A stretch of DNA of 63,354 nucleotides, the filler included, from Licmophora abbreviata (lineage: Eukaryota): NCBI GenBank assembly GCA_900291995.1. It is 10 parts of 10 records of this genome, joined end to end, with 100 filler letters (N's around TTAATTAATTAA, not from the genome) between each part and the next. Parts side by side here need not be neighbours in the genome. Positions count along the whole stretch, not along the records: positions 23,486 to 38,552 come from OLMU01000604.1; 9 more parts are not named here. One strand, given 5' to 3'. The stretch's first letter is position 1. Each line of letters opens with the position of its first letter. A program made the position numbers and the translations under genes. Positions 23,486 to 36,722 of this stretch are shown here, piece after piece. A model generated the notes under the pieces. That model was not told the origin of the DNA, made no database searches, and worked only from the letters and a program-made list of their open reading frames with translations.

Positions 23486-24819
23486 AAGACCACCGGTACT
23501 CTCTCTATCTTCTATAGGATCTTAGCGCGATCAATAGATACACTACTCTAGCCCAATCACGTCCATCCCTCACCAAGCCAGGTTCCAGCTTGAGCATCGT
23601 CGCAGTCCCAAGGCGCCACGCATGATCGGCAGAGTAGACCTTCGGAAACTCCCCCGTTGCCTCTATGATAATAAGAATATTCGAAGCAATGCAAACGAGA
23701 AAAGTGAGTGCAGTGTAGTGCAGGACTCGGGGTATATTAAAGTTGATTGAAATGCACTCTCATAGGCAAAAGAGCATGGCTCTCTCGAGATGCGTTGTGG
23801 TCGTCACTGTCCCGCACACAGCCACCACTACTATTACTCGGTGGTTTCCCCCCCATCCGATAACAAGACAATAACATTTGATGGTTCTTCTCATGACGCA
23901 CTATGATATAGTAGCGTTCTGAAGGTGTCCTAAGTTGGAGTCGTCCTTTGGGGCGTTCACACACACAAGAATAGTAGTGTATGATAGTGTAGTATGAGTG
24001 GCCTATCATGACATCATCATCATTCATCCAAAAAGAGTGTCGGTCACTTCCAAACTAGAGAGATCCGTCTCATTATATCAGTATGTTTTGGTGTCAATCA
24101 TCATGATGTGATGTACGTCGTACCGGTGTACGTATTCGTCGGTCGCTTTGGCATGACCCGTACACATTGAATACATTGGAGCGAACGATTACGGTCTGCT
24201 TACCTTAAGGTTTCAGATAAGAAACTGACATGCGGCCGTTGAGTGACTCTCTATACAGGAGGAGTCGTGATGGTTTCCTAGACTACACGATGCGCTGCTG
24301 TATGGGTATTGACGCATGTATCCTATCGCGGAGTGCTGCGAATTTCGAGAGGGACATCACTCCAATCAGTTCCTAAAAGAAGCTGCGACTCTCTCTTCAA
24401 TATCTGGTCTTTCCAAATAAAGGAATAGGCATGGGAGAAAAGCGCAACATCGCGGCAGACGAGGCCGTGTTTCGACGCCGGCGGCGGTCATGGTCTGTGT
24501 TTTATGGCGACTCAACAATCACTCGTTCGTCGTGTGGACATCATGCGGATTGATTCGATTCATTCGATTCTGTACGGAAATTGGGTTTTGAGTTCACACC
24601 CCGGAGAACCAACCATTTTTGCCGTCATTGGTGGCAACGTCAGCAATGACTTTTGGACGGGTGGCGGATGGACACAGTACGCACGCGCCCGTAGCCTCCT
24701 GTACAATTTCACGTAGAACGAACGTGGAGCCTTGTCGACCGCCCAAAAAGGTTTTTTTCATCATCGCCATCTCCACATTCCATTCGTTCGCGACTTGGCT
24801 CAAATTCAACTCGTGAGAG

Positions 24820-25085
24820 GTAAGCAAAGGTCATGGCGATTGAGACATTGCACTGCTTGGGAGGAACAGGGAGTGTCTACTTTGCTGCAGTTGCCTTCCT
24901 GCGTGCTCTGTGATGGTTATTGTGTTTTGCGCGATCAAATTGGAACTCGGCAGACCCAGGACGATCGAAAGACTTTCTCATCACATTTCCTTCACGTTTG
25001 TGGACCTGTATTTCTCACTCTTTACCCTTTTTGTACGACCTGTCCTACAGATACTACTAATTACATTCATTCGACTGTTTCGTAG
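24820..25085 (+). other. Probable 5'-UTR intron of the eEF3 gene
   Basis: GAG|GTAAGC donor, TACTAAT branch-like site, TTTCGTAG acceptor 9 nt before the ATG at 25095. Confidence 0.6.
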
Positions 25086-25094
25086 TACCACAAA

Positions 25095-28000
25095 ATGTCT
25101 CTAGAAGCCAAACTTGCGGCTCTGTCCATCGGAGACGAGCCCTCCATCATTGAGGCCATTCAGAAGGATGGCGTCGACAAGAGCGGATTCGCAGACAACA
25201 TTGCCGCCCTTGTTGCGAAGTGCGCCTCCAAAACGGAAGAGGAAGCTCTTGCTGGATTCGCCACCGCCAAGGCACTCGCTGAGGGATGCCCCGAGGCCGA
25301 CGCCTTTACCAAGGAATGCTTGACGCCATGTACGTACGCTTTGTACTTGAGAATCTCGCGTTTGACACGGGCGAATCTGTGCACGGAGAGCGAAGCAAAT
25401 CGTTGATTCATGAACACCTATCGCATTTTCTCACGTAACCTTACTTTCCTCCCTCATCATTAGGCTTTGAGCAAGCGACCAGCAAAAGTGCCGAAGTCCG
25501 AAAAGCATCCGAGGCCACCGCTATGGCAATCTGCAAGGGCATCAATCCCTTTGCGATGAAATCGCTTCTGCCACACATCTTTGCGGCCCTGCCAGTCGAG
25601 AAGAAGTGGCAGATCCGTGAGTTGGCACTCAAGTGCTTTCCGGCCTTTGGGGCAATCGCACCAAGTCAGCTCGGTAACGCCCTTCCAGAGGTCGTGCCAG
25701 AGATCACCGCGTGCATGTGGGACACCAAGAAGCAGATCAAGACGGCTGCTACCAGTGCCATGCGTTCCGCCTTGTCCGTGATTGGAAACAAGGATATTGA
25801 ACACATGACGGACAAGATTCTGCAGGCCATCACCAAGCCCAAGGATGTGCCCGAAATCATGCACGAGATGGCGGGAGTGACATTTGTCCAGAGCGTCGAG
25901 TCGCCCGCTCTTGCCATGGTTGTGCCTCTGCTCCTTCGTGGACTTCGGGAGAAGCAGACTGCCACCAAGCGTCAGTCGGCCGTCATCATCAACAACATGA
26001 GCAAGCTCGTCGACAATCCGATCGACGCCGCTCCATTCCTTCCTCTTTTGTTGCCCGCCCTTCAGCTGAACGCTGAGAGTATCGCCGACCCGGAGGCCCG
26101 AGAGGTTACGGAGCGTGCTGTCACCCAGTTAAACCGTCTCAAGGCTCTTGCGGACAAGCAGATGTCTGTTCGTGGAGATGTGTCGAAGCTTGATGGAGAG
26201 TTTCAGGCTTCGTTTGGCGTTGACTCCCCGTCGGCAGGACTTGATATCGTGATCAAGCACGCCTCAGTGGTTGCCACATGTATGATGGACCTTCACTTCA
26301 TGGAGGATACGCAGTGGACCAAGAATGTCGCCTCGCAGTTCAAGGGATATTTCGACAAAGCCAAGGCTGACGCCGCAACCGAAAAGGTCCGAGAAGAAGC
26401 CGAGAAGATGCTTGTTGTCCCCGAAGAAGACGATGACGACGATGATGCGGAGGAGCTCTGCAACTGTCAGTTCACTCTCGCGTACGGTACCAAGATTCTC
26501 TTGCACAACACCAAGATGAAGCTCAAGCGTGGAAAGAAATACGGGCTCCTTGGAGGTAATGATTCGGGAAAGACGACGCTGATGAGGGCCATTGCCAACA
26601 ACCAGGTCGAGGGATTCCCTGATGTTTCGCAGGTTCGAACCGTCTTCGTCGAGGCAGACATTCAGGGAGAGCAGTCGCATCTTTCGTGTGTCGATTACGT
26701 CTTTGCCGATCCCAAGATCCAGGCTTTGGAGATTCCGTTGGAAGAGGTCCGCCGCGTGTTGTCGACCGTTGGCTTTAATGAGGATGGAAAGGCCAAGCCC
26801 GATCACGCTGTGTCGACCTTGAGTGGAGGCTGGCGCATGAAGCTTGCCCTTGCGCGTGCTATGCTTCAAAAGGCGGATATCCTGCTGCTCGGTAGGTTTA
26901 ATGTGAATGTTGCGGCCGCCCTTCTGATCTGCTTCCGTCTCCTAATTCGCCGTTTTATGTTTGACTCTTGCAGACGAACCGACCAACCATCTCGATGTTA
27001 TTAACGTTGCTTGGGTGAAGACGTACTTGAACTCGCTCACCGACGTGACCTGTATCATTGTCAGTCACGACTCTGGTCTTCTCAACGACTGCTGTACAAA
27101 CATCTTGGCGATCAGCAACTTGAAGCTCGAAGCATTCAAGGGCAACCTTGACGAATATGTGAAGCTCAACCCTGGTGCTCGCGCTTACTTCACTTTGGCC
27201 ACGGACAACTCGAAGAAGTTCAAGTTTCCTCAGCCTGGTCCCATTGAAGGTGTGAAGTCAAAGGGCAAGGCGCTCATGAAAATGAGCGGCTGTACGTTTA
27301 CCTACCCAGTCAACGAGAAACCTACACTATTTGATATCTCCGTCCAGGTTTCGCTCAGTTCTCGGGTCGCGTGTATCGGCGAGAATGGTGCTGGAAAGTC
27401 GACGATGATCAAGCTTTTGGTCGGAGAGATTGAGCCACAGCAGGGAGATGTCTGGAAGCACCCCAACGCTCGTATCGCTTATGTCGCACAGCACGCATTC
27501 CACCACATTGAGAGCCATCTTTCCAAGACACCGAATGAGTACATCCGATGGCGCTATGCAAACAATGGCGAAGATAAGGAGAGTCTCGTCAAGGTTACTA
27601 TGCAGTTCACGGATGAAGAAATGAAACTCCAGAAAACTCCTTACGAGATTCAGTTCACAGATGAAGAAACTGGAAAGATCAGCAAGGTCAAGAAGGTTGT
27701 CGGCGAGCTTGTCGGCGGTCGTAAGACGAACAAGAGCAAGGAGTACGAGTATGAGGTGCGATATGCTGGATCTTCGGTCGACTCAGGTGAATTCCTTCCC
27801 GCCAAGACGCTCAAGAAGATGGGGTGGGACAAGGCGATGAAGGCTGTCGATTTGAAGATCGCCCAGCGTGCTGGTCTTTACGTCCGTCCGCTCTCCACCA
27901 AGAACGTCGAGAAGCATTTGGAGGACTGCGGTCTGGACCGTGAGTTCGGAACCCACTACCGTTTGTCTGCTCTTTCTGGAGGACAGAAAGTCAAGGTCGT

Positions 28001-28508
28001 ACTTGCCGCTGCTATGTGGAACCAGCCGCACAGTAAGTTTTTGAATTTTTGCTCCCTAGGCACCCCGCCCCGTACTTTTTAACGCTCACTGACCTTGTTT
28101 CTTGCAGTTCTTATCTTGGACGAGCCGACGAACTACCTCGACAGAGAAAGTCTGGGTGCCCTTGCCGGAGCGATTGAGACCTTTGACGGAGGCGTTGTCA
28201 TTATCTCGCACAACAACGAATTTTGCTCTAAACTTTGCCCTGAGACCTGGGTTATGGATGCCGGTCACCTTGAAACGAAGGGTGACGCAGAGTGGATGCT
28301 CAAACAGGACACCAAGATTGAGGAATCGGCTCAGATTACCGAGGTAACTGACGCTGCCGGAAACGTTTCAAAGGTGAAGCAGGCCAAGAAGAAGCTCTCG
28401 AAGAAGGAAGAGAAGGCACTAGTAAAGAAAATCAAGGCGAAGATCAAGAATGACGAAGGCCTCGACACGGAGGAAGAAGAATTCGCCTTCGAGAAGGACT
28501 TGCTGTAA
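25095..28508 (+). CDS. YEF3: Translation elongation factor 3 (eEF3; HEAT repeats + two ABC domains + chromodomain-like insert); introns 25330-25463, 26892-26973, 28033-28107
   Basis: MWDTKKQIK, VIGNKDIE, TFVQSVESPALA.VVPLL.RGL, LCNCQFTLAYGTKILL, LSGGWRMKLALARAML, LSSRVACIGENGAGKST, HPNARIAYVAQHAFHHI, LSGGQKVKVVLAAAMW, LDEPTNYLDRESLGAL, Lys-rich tail. Confidence 0.96.
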
Positions 28509-28621
28509 ACACAGCGCGCGGGGTCTTTTGTGTGTAGTGAATCGGTATTAGACCACGAGTAGTTTATCGAACAATGGCCATCTATTTTGTCTTTTTAGTC
28601 GGCGGCGATGCGTCATTCCAA

Positions 28622-31600
28622 TTACCTTTCCTTTTTGAAAACGTCGTCGTCATCGAAGTTGGCTGTCCATTCCGTACTGTCCAGCGATTCGTGGCCCCAA
28701 TCCCGAGAAGAGGGTGATGCCATCTCTTCGCTGTACCGCGGCACTGGTTTCAGTCTGACGGGGTTTCTATGTGAAGAATGCGGATCAGTTGCGACTGCGA
28801 CTGCAACTCCCCGCTCCGTAGAACTTTCCTCTCTAGCCCGAGGGGTTGGTTTTCGTCTGATAGGCGCTGTCTCCGAAGACGGCGCTGATACTGCTTGCTG
28901 GGGAGAGATAGAAACCGGAAGGTTGTCGCCAGAGATTTCAGTCTGGCGCTTTGACGAGTTTTCCGTTGCCAGACTCAGGGAGTCCGCATCGCTTTTGTCA
29001 CTTTCTGGGGCGGTCACAAACTTCATGGCCATGTCAACGTCGAGAGTGTTAATTCCCGTTCGTTTGAAGAAGTCGTGCACTGCTGTCAGGTCCCGTTTCA
29101 GGAAATCAGACGCTGAAGGGTGGCGCCAGTCAACGGCCTGTCCAAAATCAATGAGGACCGCCTGGAGGACCTGGCTATCGTTCGGGTCGACACTATCATC
29201 GCAATTCTCGACCAAGTGGGCGGGTGAGACAAGAATGTTGTATTCGCTGAGATCTCCGTGAACAAGACGTGCTCCGTGGAATAGCCTAGGCAAGAAGAAA
29301 TAGCTCCTTTAGTGAGTCCGTCCGAGCAATCGAAAAGCACTTGATGTATATGAAAGAGCGCAAGGAGTCTTACCTTCGTACAGCAATCATGACCTGTGAA
29401 TAGAGGCCGCTCCACTTCGAGCTCCCAGGTCGTAGCTTCAGTTCCTTTAGCTGTGGTACTGCCCAACCGTCCTCTCCCAGAAATCGCATAAAGACTACAT
29501 TTTCCTTGTGGAGTAGCGGCGTCGGCACCGGAACACCTGCTCGATTCGCTCTCAACAAGTTTCGAAACTCTTTTTCTGCCCAGAGCTCTAGCTGTTCTCG
29601 ACTGCTTGAGCTGCGGAACTTTCCCTGTTCGTACCGAGGATCGCCATCGACGTACACACCCCTTCCCTTAAATTCCTGTATGCGCTTAAAAACTTTGATA
29701 GCCACATCAAAGCCACCGCTACCTTTCCCTTTCTTCGCGTGATAAATAACAGCCTCTTTGCCTTCGTTAATAACCCCATTGCATTTGTCAATAAGCCCCT
29801 TGTTTATTGCATGCGCAATGTGATGCCGAACTTTCGAGTCCATGCCGCCAGAAGTACGGTCAGTGTCAGCGGTTGCTCGCCCATGGCCATGAGCCGCTAC
29901 GCCTTTCACAGTTCGACGCTGCATCGACTGCTTGAACGAATTGAAAGCTTGGTTTCCAACCAGCCCCAGATCTTCGTCGTCGTCAAAGCCCAGGCGATGT
30001 GCATTCGACCGCGCATGCAACTCGATATCATGCTTGGTTCTTACTTCATTGTTAGGGCCAACAATCGTGTCGCGACCCGTGCGAGCCCAGCTCTCTGAAG
30101 GTCTGGCAGCATTCATTCGGAACCCATGGTCGCCAGTCAGCTCCTCTCCGTCAGCAGCATATCGCGAAACTGGGGGCTGGAAAGCGCTAACCTGTGATAG
30201 AGCATGTTCTTCACGCGTCATGGTGCGAACGTTCCCCTGATACCTTTGAGGAGCGCCTGAAGTGAATCGCCTAGCTTCCTCGTCCTGGAGCTGCAGCGCC
30301 GCATGAAAGTTCTTCCGATATTCCGCCTCGTCTGCTTCCCTCAATGCTTTCTCAATCATCGCCGCTTCTTGCAATGAAATATGACCGGAATCCGAAATCT
30401 GCTGGATTGAAGCATGCGCCGTAGCTGAGCTCATATCAAGTGTCGAGCCCATCCCTTCGACCGCGGCAGCGCCAGGGCTTCTCCCATTCCAGACATTGTC
30501 GGGCGCAGGCCGCGTTTCCAGCTCGGCACTGTGACGTTGCAAATTTCCCTCTCCATCGTTAACTTTCTTTGCTTCGGAAAATGAGTGCATGGCATAATCC
30601 GCAAACCATCCACTCTTTGGATCGTCATTATCGAACCAAGCGTCCTTTGGATCGTCGTCAGCGAAGAGGTGATCGCTTGACAGCTCGTCAAACGTGAGTA
30701 CAGGAGGCATTCGCTGCTGAGAACGCGGCTTCTCATCGTTCAAATGTTGTTCAAGCCCCTGTTCTTCGCGTGTGAAACTGCGAAACGAAGAAGCCTGTGG
30801 ACCAGGCTCAGAACGACGCCCTGGCGCCGTTCGACGCATCGTCTGGCCATGCATGGGACTTTCCACTACCACTTCCGTCGCTTCGTTGTCGCCACTGGAC
30901 ATCCCTGAAGGCTGCGAGGACGCTTCGGAAACGTCATAAGACACGTCATCCCTATCACCATCTCTACGTCTCGAGACTCGTTGTAGCACGGGCTCTGTAG
31001 CTCGACGTTTCGTCGTCGCCATTGACGGCACAGTCGCTTCCATCTGTTCATACTCTTTCAGGGACAATTCCATTGCCATTCGGAGCATTCGATCTTCTTC
31101 CATTTCGTCCTCTCCGCTCATCGCACTTTCTCCTGTATCAGCCCGTGCTGCCTCCTGCTCTGCCATGATGGAGGTCAATGAGACTGGCTTGTTCTTGACC
31201 GACATTCTTGCCACCGTCGCAGGACCCTGTTCGCGGCTCGAGGACGACGTCGTAGGAATAGTGGAGGAATCCGTAACAGCAGTTTTGCTAGAGTCGATCC
31301 GAGTATTGGAATCTCTGCGTGTTAATACTGGAGCGGGCTTCGTATCGAGATTGCTCTCCTTCAATGGGGGCTTCTTCCGCATGTCCATGAGCATTTTCGC
31401 ACCCTCCTCAGGGGCCACGTGTTTGTTCACATTCGATTCAACTCGAACTTCTAGATCGCCCGATGCAGTAAGACTCATCTTTGCACTACCTGGCAACACG
31501 GCAACTCCCGTCGTACCATTCAGCGGAGCGGTGGGAGGTTCCAGTTCGTCTTCTATCGAAAGAGGCACACTACAGACACCTGAATCCTCGCCAGGAACCT

Positions 31601-32063
31601 CATTTCCCTCGTCGCTCAATGCATGTTCCTTTCGTTTGTGTTTCTTATGGTGCTTGCGTTTCTTTTCCTTCTTGTGTTTTTTCTCTTTCTTTTCCTTCTT
31701 CGATTTCTTTTTCTTCTTGGGCCGGTCTGATCCTTCTTCTCCGCCATCACTTCCTGCATGACTAGTTTCATCAGTATGACTCGTTGACACGGTCGGATGA
31801 GATGCTGCTGAGTTACTGAAAACCCCGGTCGTGTCCCTGGTACTTATCGTAGTCTCACCGACGCTCGGCGAGCCCTGTTCAGTAGGCAGAGTCAACGAGA
31901 GAGACCCGGTATGCATACTGGCCGAATGTTGTTCCAATTGCGGTGGATGTTCATTCGTGGTAGGAGCTGGGCCTTTTTCCGTCGCCTGGGCACGGCCATC
32001 CTCCTCGCCATCACTCTTCGTGATACCTGTCGTACTAGTCGTCGCTTGTGATTTACTCTCCAT
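28622..32063 (-). CDS. RIO-family atypical kinase, RIOK3-like, with long N-terminal extension containing a UIM; intron 29286-29373
   Basis: INEGKEAVIYHA, AIKVFK, WAEKEFRNLLR, LVHGDLSEYNIL, LIDFGQAV..HPSASDFLKRD; RIOK3-like TKHD and NQAFNSFKQ; UIM-like EEDRMLRMAMELSLKE. Confidence 0.9.
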
Positions 32064-32550
32064 GGTATTTTCTTCTTTCTGTCGATTGTAGCTTCGGGCT
32101 TCGATTCTCCGTTCTTTTCAGTGACAATGGCCCCGCGGGTGACTTTATTGACGACACCCTCTCTGCCTGCCCAACGGGCGAGTCGAAACGATCAATGACT
32201 GCACAGAGGCACAAAGAGCGCACATCGGTGAACTTGAAACTTCCAAATTTTCGCGGCTCGTCGCATCCGTTCCGTTACTTATGGATAGGACATTGAAAAG
32301 TGTACACTTGGTCATTCCTTGAGGCCCAACGCAAATCCACGAGCTACATCTCCATCAGAGCTCGTCAAACTAAATTTGGGGGCGCCAAAATCACACAACA
32401 TATTTATTTGTTGCGCCATCATGGTAAACATCATGTGGAAGGGTGAACTGTAGCTAAAAAACGCCGATGGTACGCAATGAAAACATCTGATCCACTATAT
32501 AGTGCAATATAGAACCCCTGTGAGAGAAATAGTTATCGGAGTCGGCGAAG

Positions 32551-35500
32551 ATGACCCAGAAAATGAAAAAGAAGTCGTCAGGTTTTCAGCGAGGCTTTCT
32601 GCTCGCCGCAGACAAGAGCAACAATAAGTCGAAGCGTTTGAGCTACGGCTCTCAAGCCGTCATTGGTAATCGACCAAGTTCAGTAAAATCATCCTCGTCG
32701 CAGGCTCTGTTAGATGTGGCGTCATCCAAGCCCGGCCTTCTATTTGTGGAGAAGCCAAACGAAGAATCGGACAAAGTCGAGTCTCTCAATATTCACAATG
32801 CACATGGTGGGATCGACAATGATTTGGTCTTGTCGCAGCCCCCGAGGCGCCATTTGATCCAAGAAGTTACAGCAGATGAAACAGACACTGACGACGTGAA
32901 AGATGAACCAAATGCTAGAACAGAGACTAAATCGAAACTCTCGATCGACAGTGAGAGAACGAGACCCTCAAACGAGTTTCTGATGGTGGAGGTTGCCTCT
33001 CGCTCCACCAACATGCGAGAAAAGGTTGTCGAAAGGGTGCTTGAGAGTGAGGCAGCGAGAGATAGCGTGCATTCTTCCAGAGAGACATGCCCAGAGAAGC
33101 TGACTTCGTCGCCGTCGGAGGAGCCAGCAGACTTCTCGTTGGATCCCAACGCTCACATGCTCGTGGCGAGGTACATGTCGCAATTGCTCTGGGAGTCGAA
33201 GCGGTCGCGCTCGGTAGATGTCCAAGCTAATTCTGAAGTTTTGTTGAATATGTGTGGACAGGCTGGAGGTCTCTGGGTAACAGTGTGGGAAACTATACTC
33301 GAGGATATTGCCATGAAGCAAAGTCCGATCCTTTTGCTGTTAGGTACACTGTTGCTGAGAAATGAGTCGACCGAGCATGTGGCCATCGACTCGCTGATAT
33401 CCTTTCTGGAGAAAATTGTCTCGGGTGATAGAAGAGATCGCATTCTTGCTCTGGGTGTCGCCAACCTTGTTCGGGAGACAATGTGGCGGCTTCTGGAGGA
33501 TTCTCAGATGCCTTCCCAAGCATGGCGGTGTCGTGTCGCGCCAAAGTTGGCCAAGCTGGTCACGAGCCGGAGTAGCAGCGACCGAAGCGTGTTGTTGCAA
33601 ACGTGCATGACAGCAGCATACGATGTATTTGCTGTGGTGGCCAGTGTGATAACACTCCGACAATGTGTAGACCATGTCGTCTCGGACGATTTGGAATGCA
33701 GCATACCATGGATTGAGTCACTCCTGCATGTCCAGGAGGCATGGACCCGAGGCGCCATGAAATGTACTGCTAAGCAAGAACATACTGAGAGCGCCTCTCG
33801 GAGGCAATGTATCTTAGCTGTGCTGAAGGACTGGAGAAGGACAGTGTCGAAGACGAAGAGTGCGTTCGACGCAGCTCGAATCTGCGCCTCCGACCAGGCT
33901 GCCAGCCGCTCGCTCGTAGCAAAGGCTCTGTGCGTGCAACTATCCGGATTTCGAATAGACGGGAAGAGTGAATCATGTGTTCTAGGTGGTATTCGGCAGA
34001 CGGTGTCTCACGACCCGTGCAATGTGACTGCGGACGAGATTGTTGTATCTCTTCTGAAAGCCGAAGCCCTTCTTCATTCAATCAGAGAAACTACGAACGA
34101 AGTTGAGATCGAAAAGTTAGATGAAGCGCTCCATCTGATTGTGAGGGGCGTTCTCTCATGGCTCGGTCAAAGCAAGAGACATCTTAAAAACATTCTTGCT
34201 TTCGCCCCGAGCGCGGCGTCGAACGAGAAGGATGTGGTGGGGCTATGCTTGTCTCTTTTGCGGGCTTCGTCGAATGACACCGTGGACCTGTCGGTTGCAA
34301 TCCTGTGAGTCGCGATTTTTCTGGATGCCCGGCGCTTGTTCCGCGGTTTCTCGAATCTGACACCCTATCTTGTTTTGCCTTCAGAAATCGACTTTGGTCG
34401 ACATCGCAAGGAGTTCCGCCGGACATTGTAGCAGGTGGCACCGGCACGGAACGAATCTTTCCTTCATCGTTTACGAGTTTGTTAGACCAACTTCATGAGT
34501 CAACCGATCGTTCCGGCAGTGAAGACCGAGCGCTATGTACTCTGGTAAAGCGTTGCATTCAAGTCGGCGGGCGTTTTTTTCTCGAGGCGCTGATCGCCCG
34601 GAACGGACTGCGAGCTAGTTCGGTTGACATAATGGCGATGCTCGTGCTAGAACCAGACAGTCAGTGCGTCCTGAACGACAACGGCGTTGTGAAAGATGTG
34701 AAGAATAGTGTCACGCAGTACGCAGCGGAGATTCTCTTGGACAATATTCGAGAAAGCCTGACTGTCCAGCAGAAATCTCTTGCATTGCCTGAACTCTTCT
34801 CAAGAATCCCGTTGAGTTCGACTCTACCAAAGCTGATTTCGGCGCTCGCCGCGCTGGTCACCATCAGGGAACCTGCATCACCATCCCTTGCGCGTGCAGC
34901 GGTCGCTGGATGCCTGAAGGATATCATGCTATGTCATGTGACGAATGAATCGGACCGCTTAGCGCACATCACCGTTGAGTCGCTCGTTGCTGTGCGGGAA
35001 CGAATGAGTGCATCCATGGAAGTTGATATTCAAGATGTCGATGAACTTGTCAAGAAGACATGTCAGTCGTTCTCCGTTTCCTGGCGAAAAGAGCTATTGA
35101 AAAAGTCACCAGACGACAAAGCTTTTGGTACTCTAGTTGTATCCGTGGGACGGGAGATGTTTCGGCTATCAGCCAACGAGGTGCCTCTGACCTTGCTGGC
35201 ATGTCTCGTCGGTGATGGGAGAGATATTGATGAGTCGTCAAGCGATGAGAGAATCCGGATAAAGTATACGGTGCACGCTCTGCTCGTTGCGGCAACGGAG
35301 GAACTGAGCAGAGTTGAGAGCGTCGCATTTGGTAGTCGGTCGGATGGGATTGGAGAGCTTTGCTCGCGGCTGTCGCCTCTTCTGCTTCTCCGTCGAGTCC
35401 CGGGTATCTACTTCCAGGTAGCATGGAGCCATCAGAACGAACGTCGTGAACGAGTTTTGCCCCTAACATCTTTGGCGGATCACTTGGCAATTCGATTGGA

Positions 35501-36683
35501 TATCTGCTCGGTAACAAGCAAACTCCATTTTTCTCCGGTCGAGCGAAAGCTCGCAGCTGAAATCGCAGGTCGGTCACTTCCATTTTATGGACCAGACCGT
35601 CATAGTAGCTGCTTTCATCGCATCTGTGTTCCAGCCTTTTCGTCGCTCATCGACGGCCTCGGCTCTAGTTTGACTGCGTGCAGCTTGGAGACTATCCGAC
35701 GAGCGAGAGCGGCTCTCTACAGCGTATGTCACTACTTGTCCGTTGTCTCTGATGAAGCAGATGGCCTGGGACTTGTCGAGGTGTCTTGGTTCGTTGTTCA
35801 TACTTTGAATTTCAGAACGCTCAGCGAAGGTGTTGAGGGCCTTGATGAGCTGTATGCCGGCTGCGTCGACTTCCTAGCGCTTTGCCTGGAGGCACCGATG
35901 TTGCGATCAACGATTAAAAATGGCAAATCGGGACCTTTGATATCAATGATGTCCGAAGTGGACCAACCGTCGTCTGAAGAGCACCTGACGGTGTCCAGCG
36001 CCCTTCATCAAATCAATGCCGCTTTTCGATCCCTTTTGCTAACGGGAGCTCCAACTGATAGTTGGCTTCGGTTGACAAGAAATCCGTTTAGAATCAAGCC
36101 ATCTTCAACGGGTCTAAGAGTCGAAGCGACCGTTTGTCTTTGGAACGCCTTCGTATCTGTATCCAAGAGATGCACGATGGACAACGGGTTGCTGGCTAGA
36201 TGGGCAAAGGCGACTGCACCATGGGTAGTAGATTGGGGAACAAGCGTGAGCGTCGATTGCACGAGCGCGTCGAGGCATCCAGGTTGCATGGGGGCGGCTC
36301 TTCAGGTAGTGTTTATTCTCGTGACGCGGACAAAAAGTACGAACTGTCTTGCCAGTGGTAAATCTTCTGGTCGAGACGCTGTTCATGCCGGCATCCATGG
36401 AGCTCACAAGTGGGCTCTTACATCGGTGCAGACATCGGAGCCTTCTCAGTCGTACGCGAACACCTTGATGAGAATGGCAGGCCTGAAGCTTCTGTTGGCG
36501 CTCATCACGATGGACGATGTCGACAAGGACGGCAACCGCACACATCTTTCTCAGTGCATCAGTCCTGGCGAAATGGGAGAAACGTTTTCCATTCTGCAGG
36601 GAGCATCGAATCTCGACCCTGACCCGGAATTCCGTACCTTGGCAACTCATGTCCTGAGCGCACTGCGAATAACAGGCTCGTAA
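32551..36683 (+). CDS. Large alpha-helical (ARM/HEAT-like) protein of unknown function; intron 34305-34384
   Basis: Two long ORFs joined in frame by CT|GTGAGT...TTCAG|A; Leu-rich helical composition; SRLSPLLLLRRVP and ERKLAAEIAGR recall plant ARM-repeat proteins (weak). Confidence 0.7.
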
Positions 36684-36722
36684 TGGATACGCTTAACTTA
36701 TAGTGTCACGCGACTGCTACTT

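Noticed and set aside
23486..24800. Longest intergenic stretch, examined for ncRNA or transposon
   Set aside because: No terminal repeats, transposase or RT motifs, or convincing structure; probably divergent promoters plus the missing 5' exon of heme oxygenase
31165..31761. 198-aa Phe-rich plus-strand ORF
   Set aside because: Antisense of the Lys-rich low-complexity part of the RIO kinase
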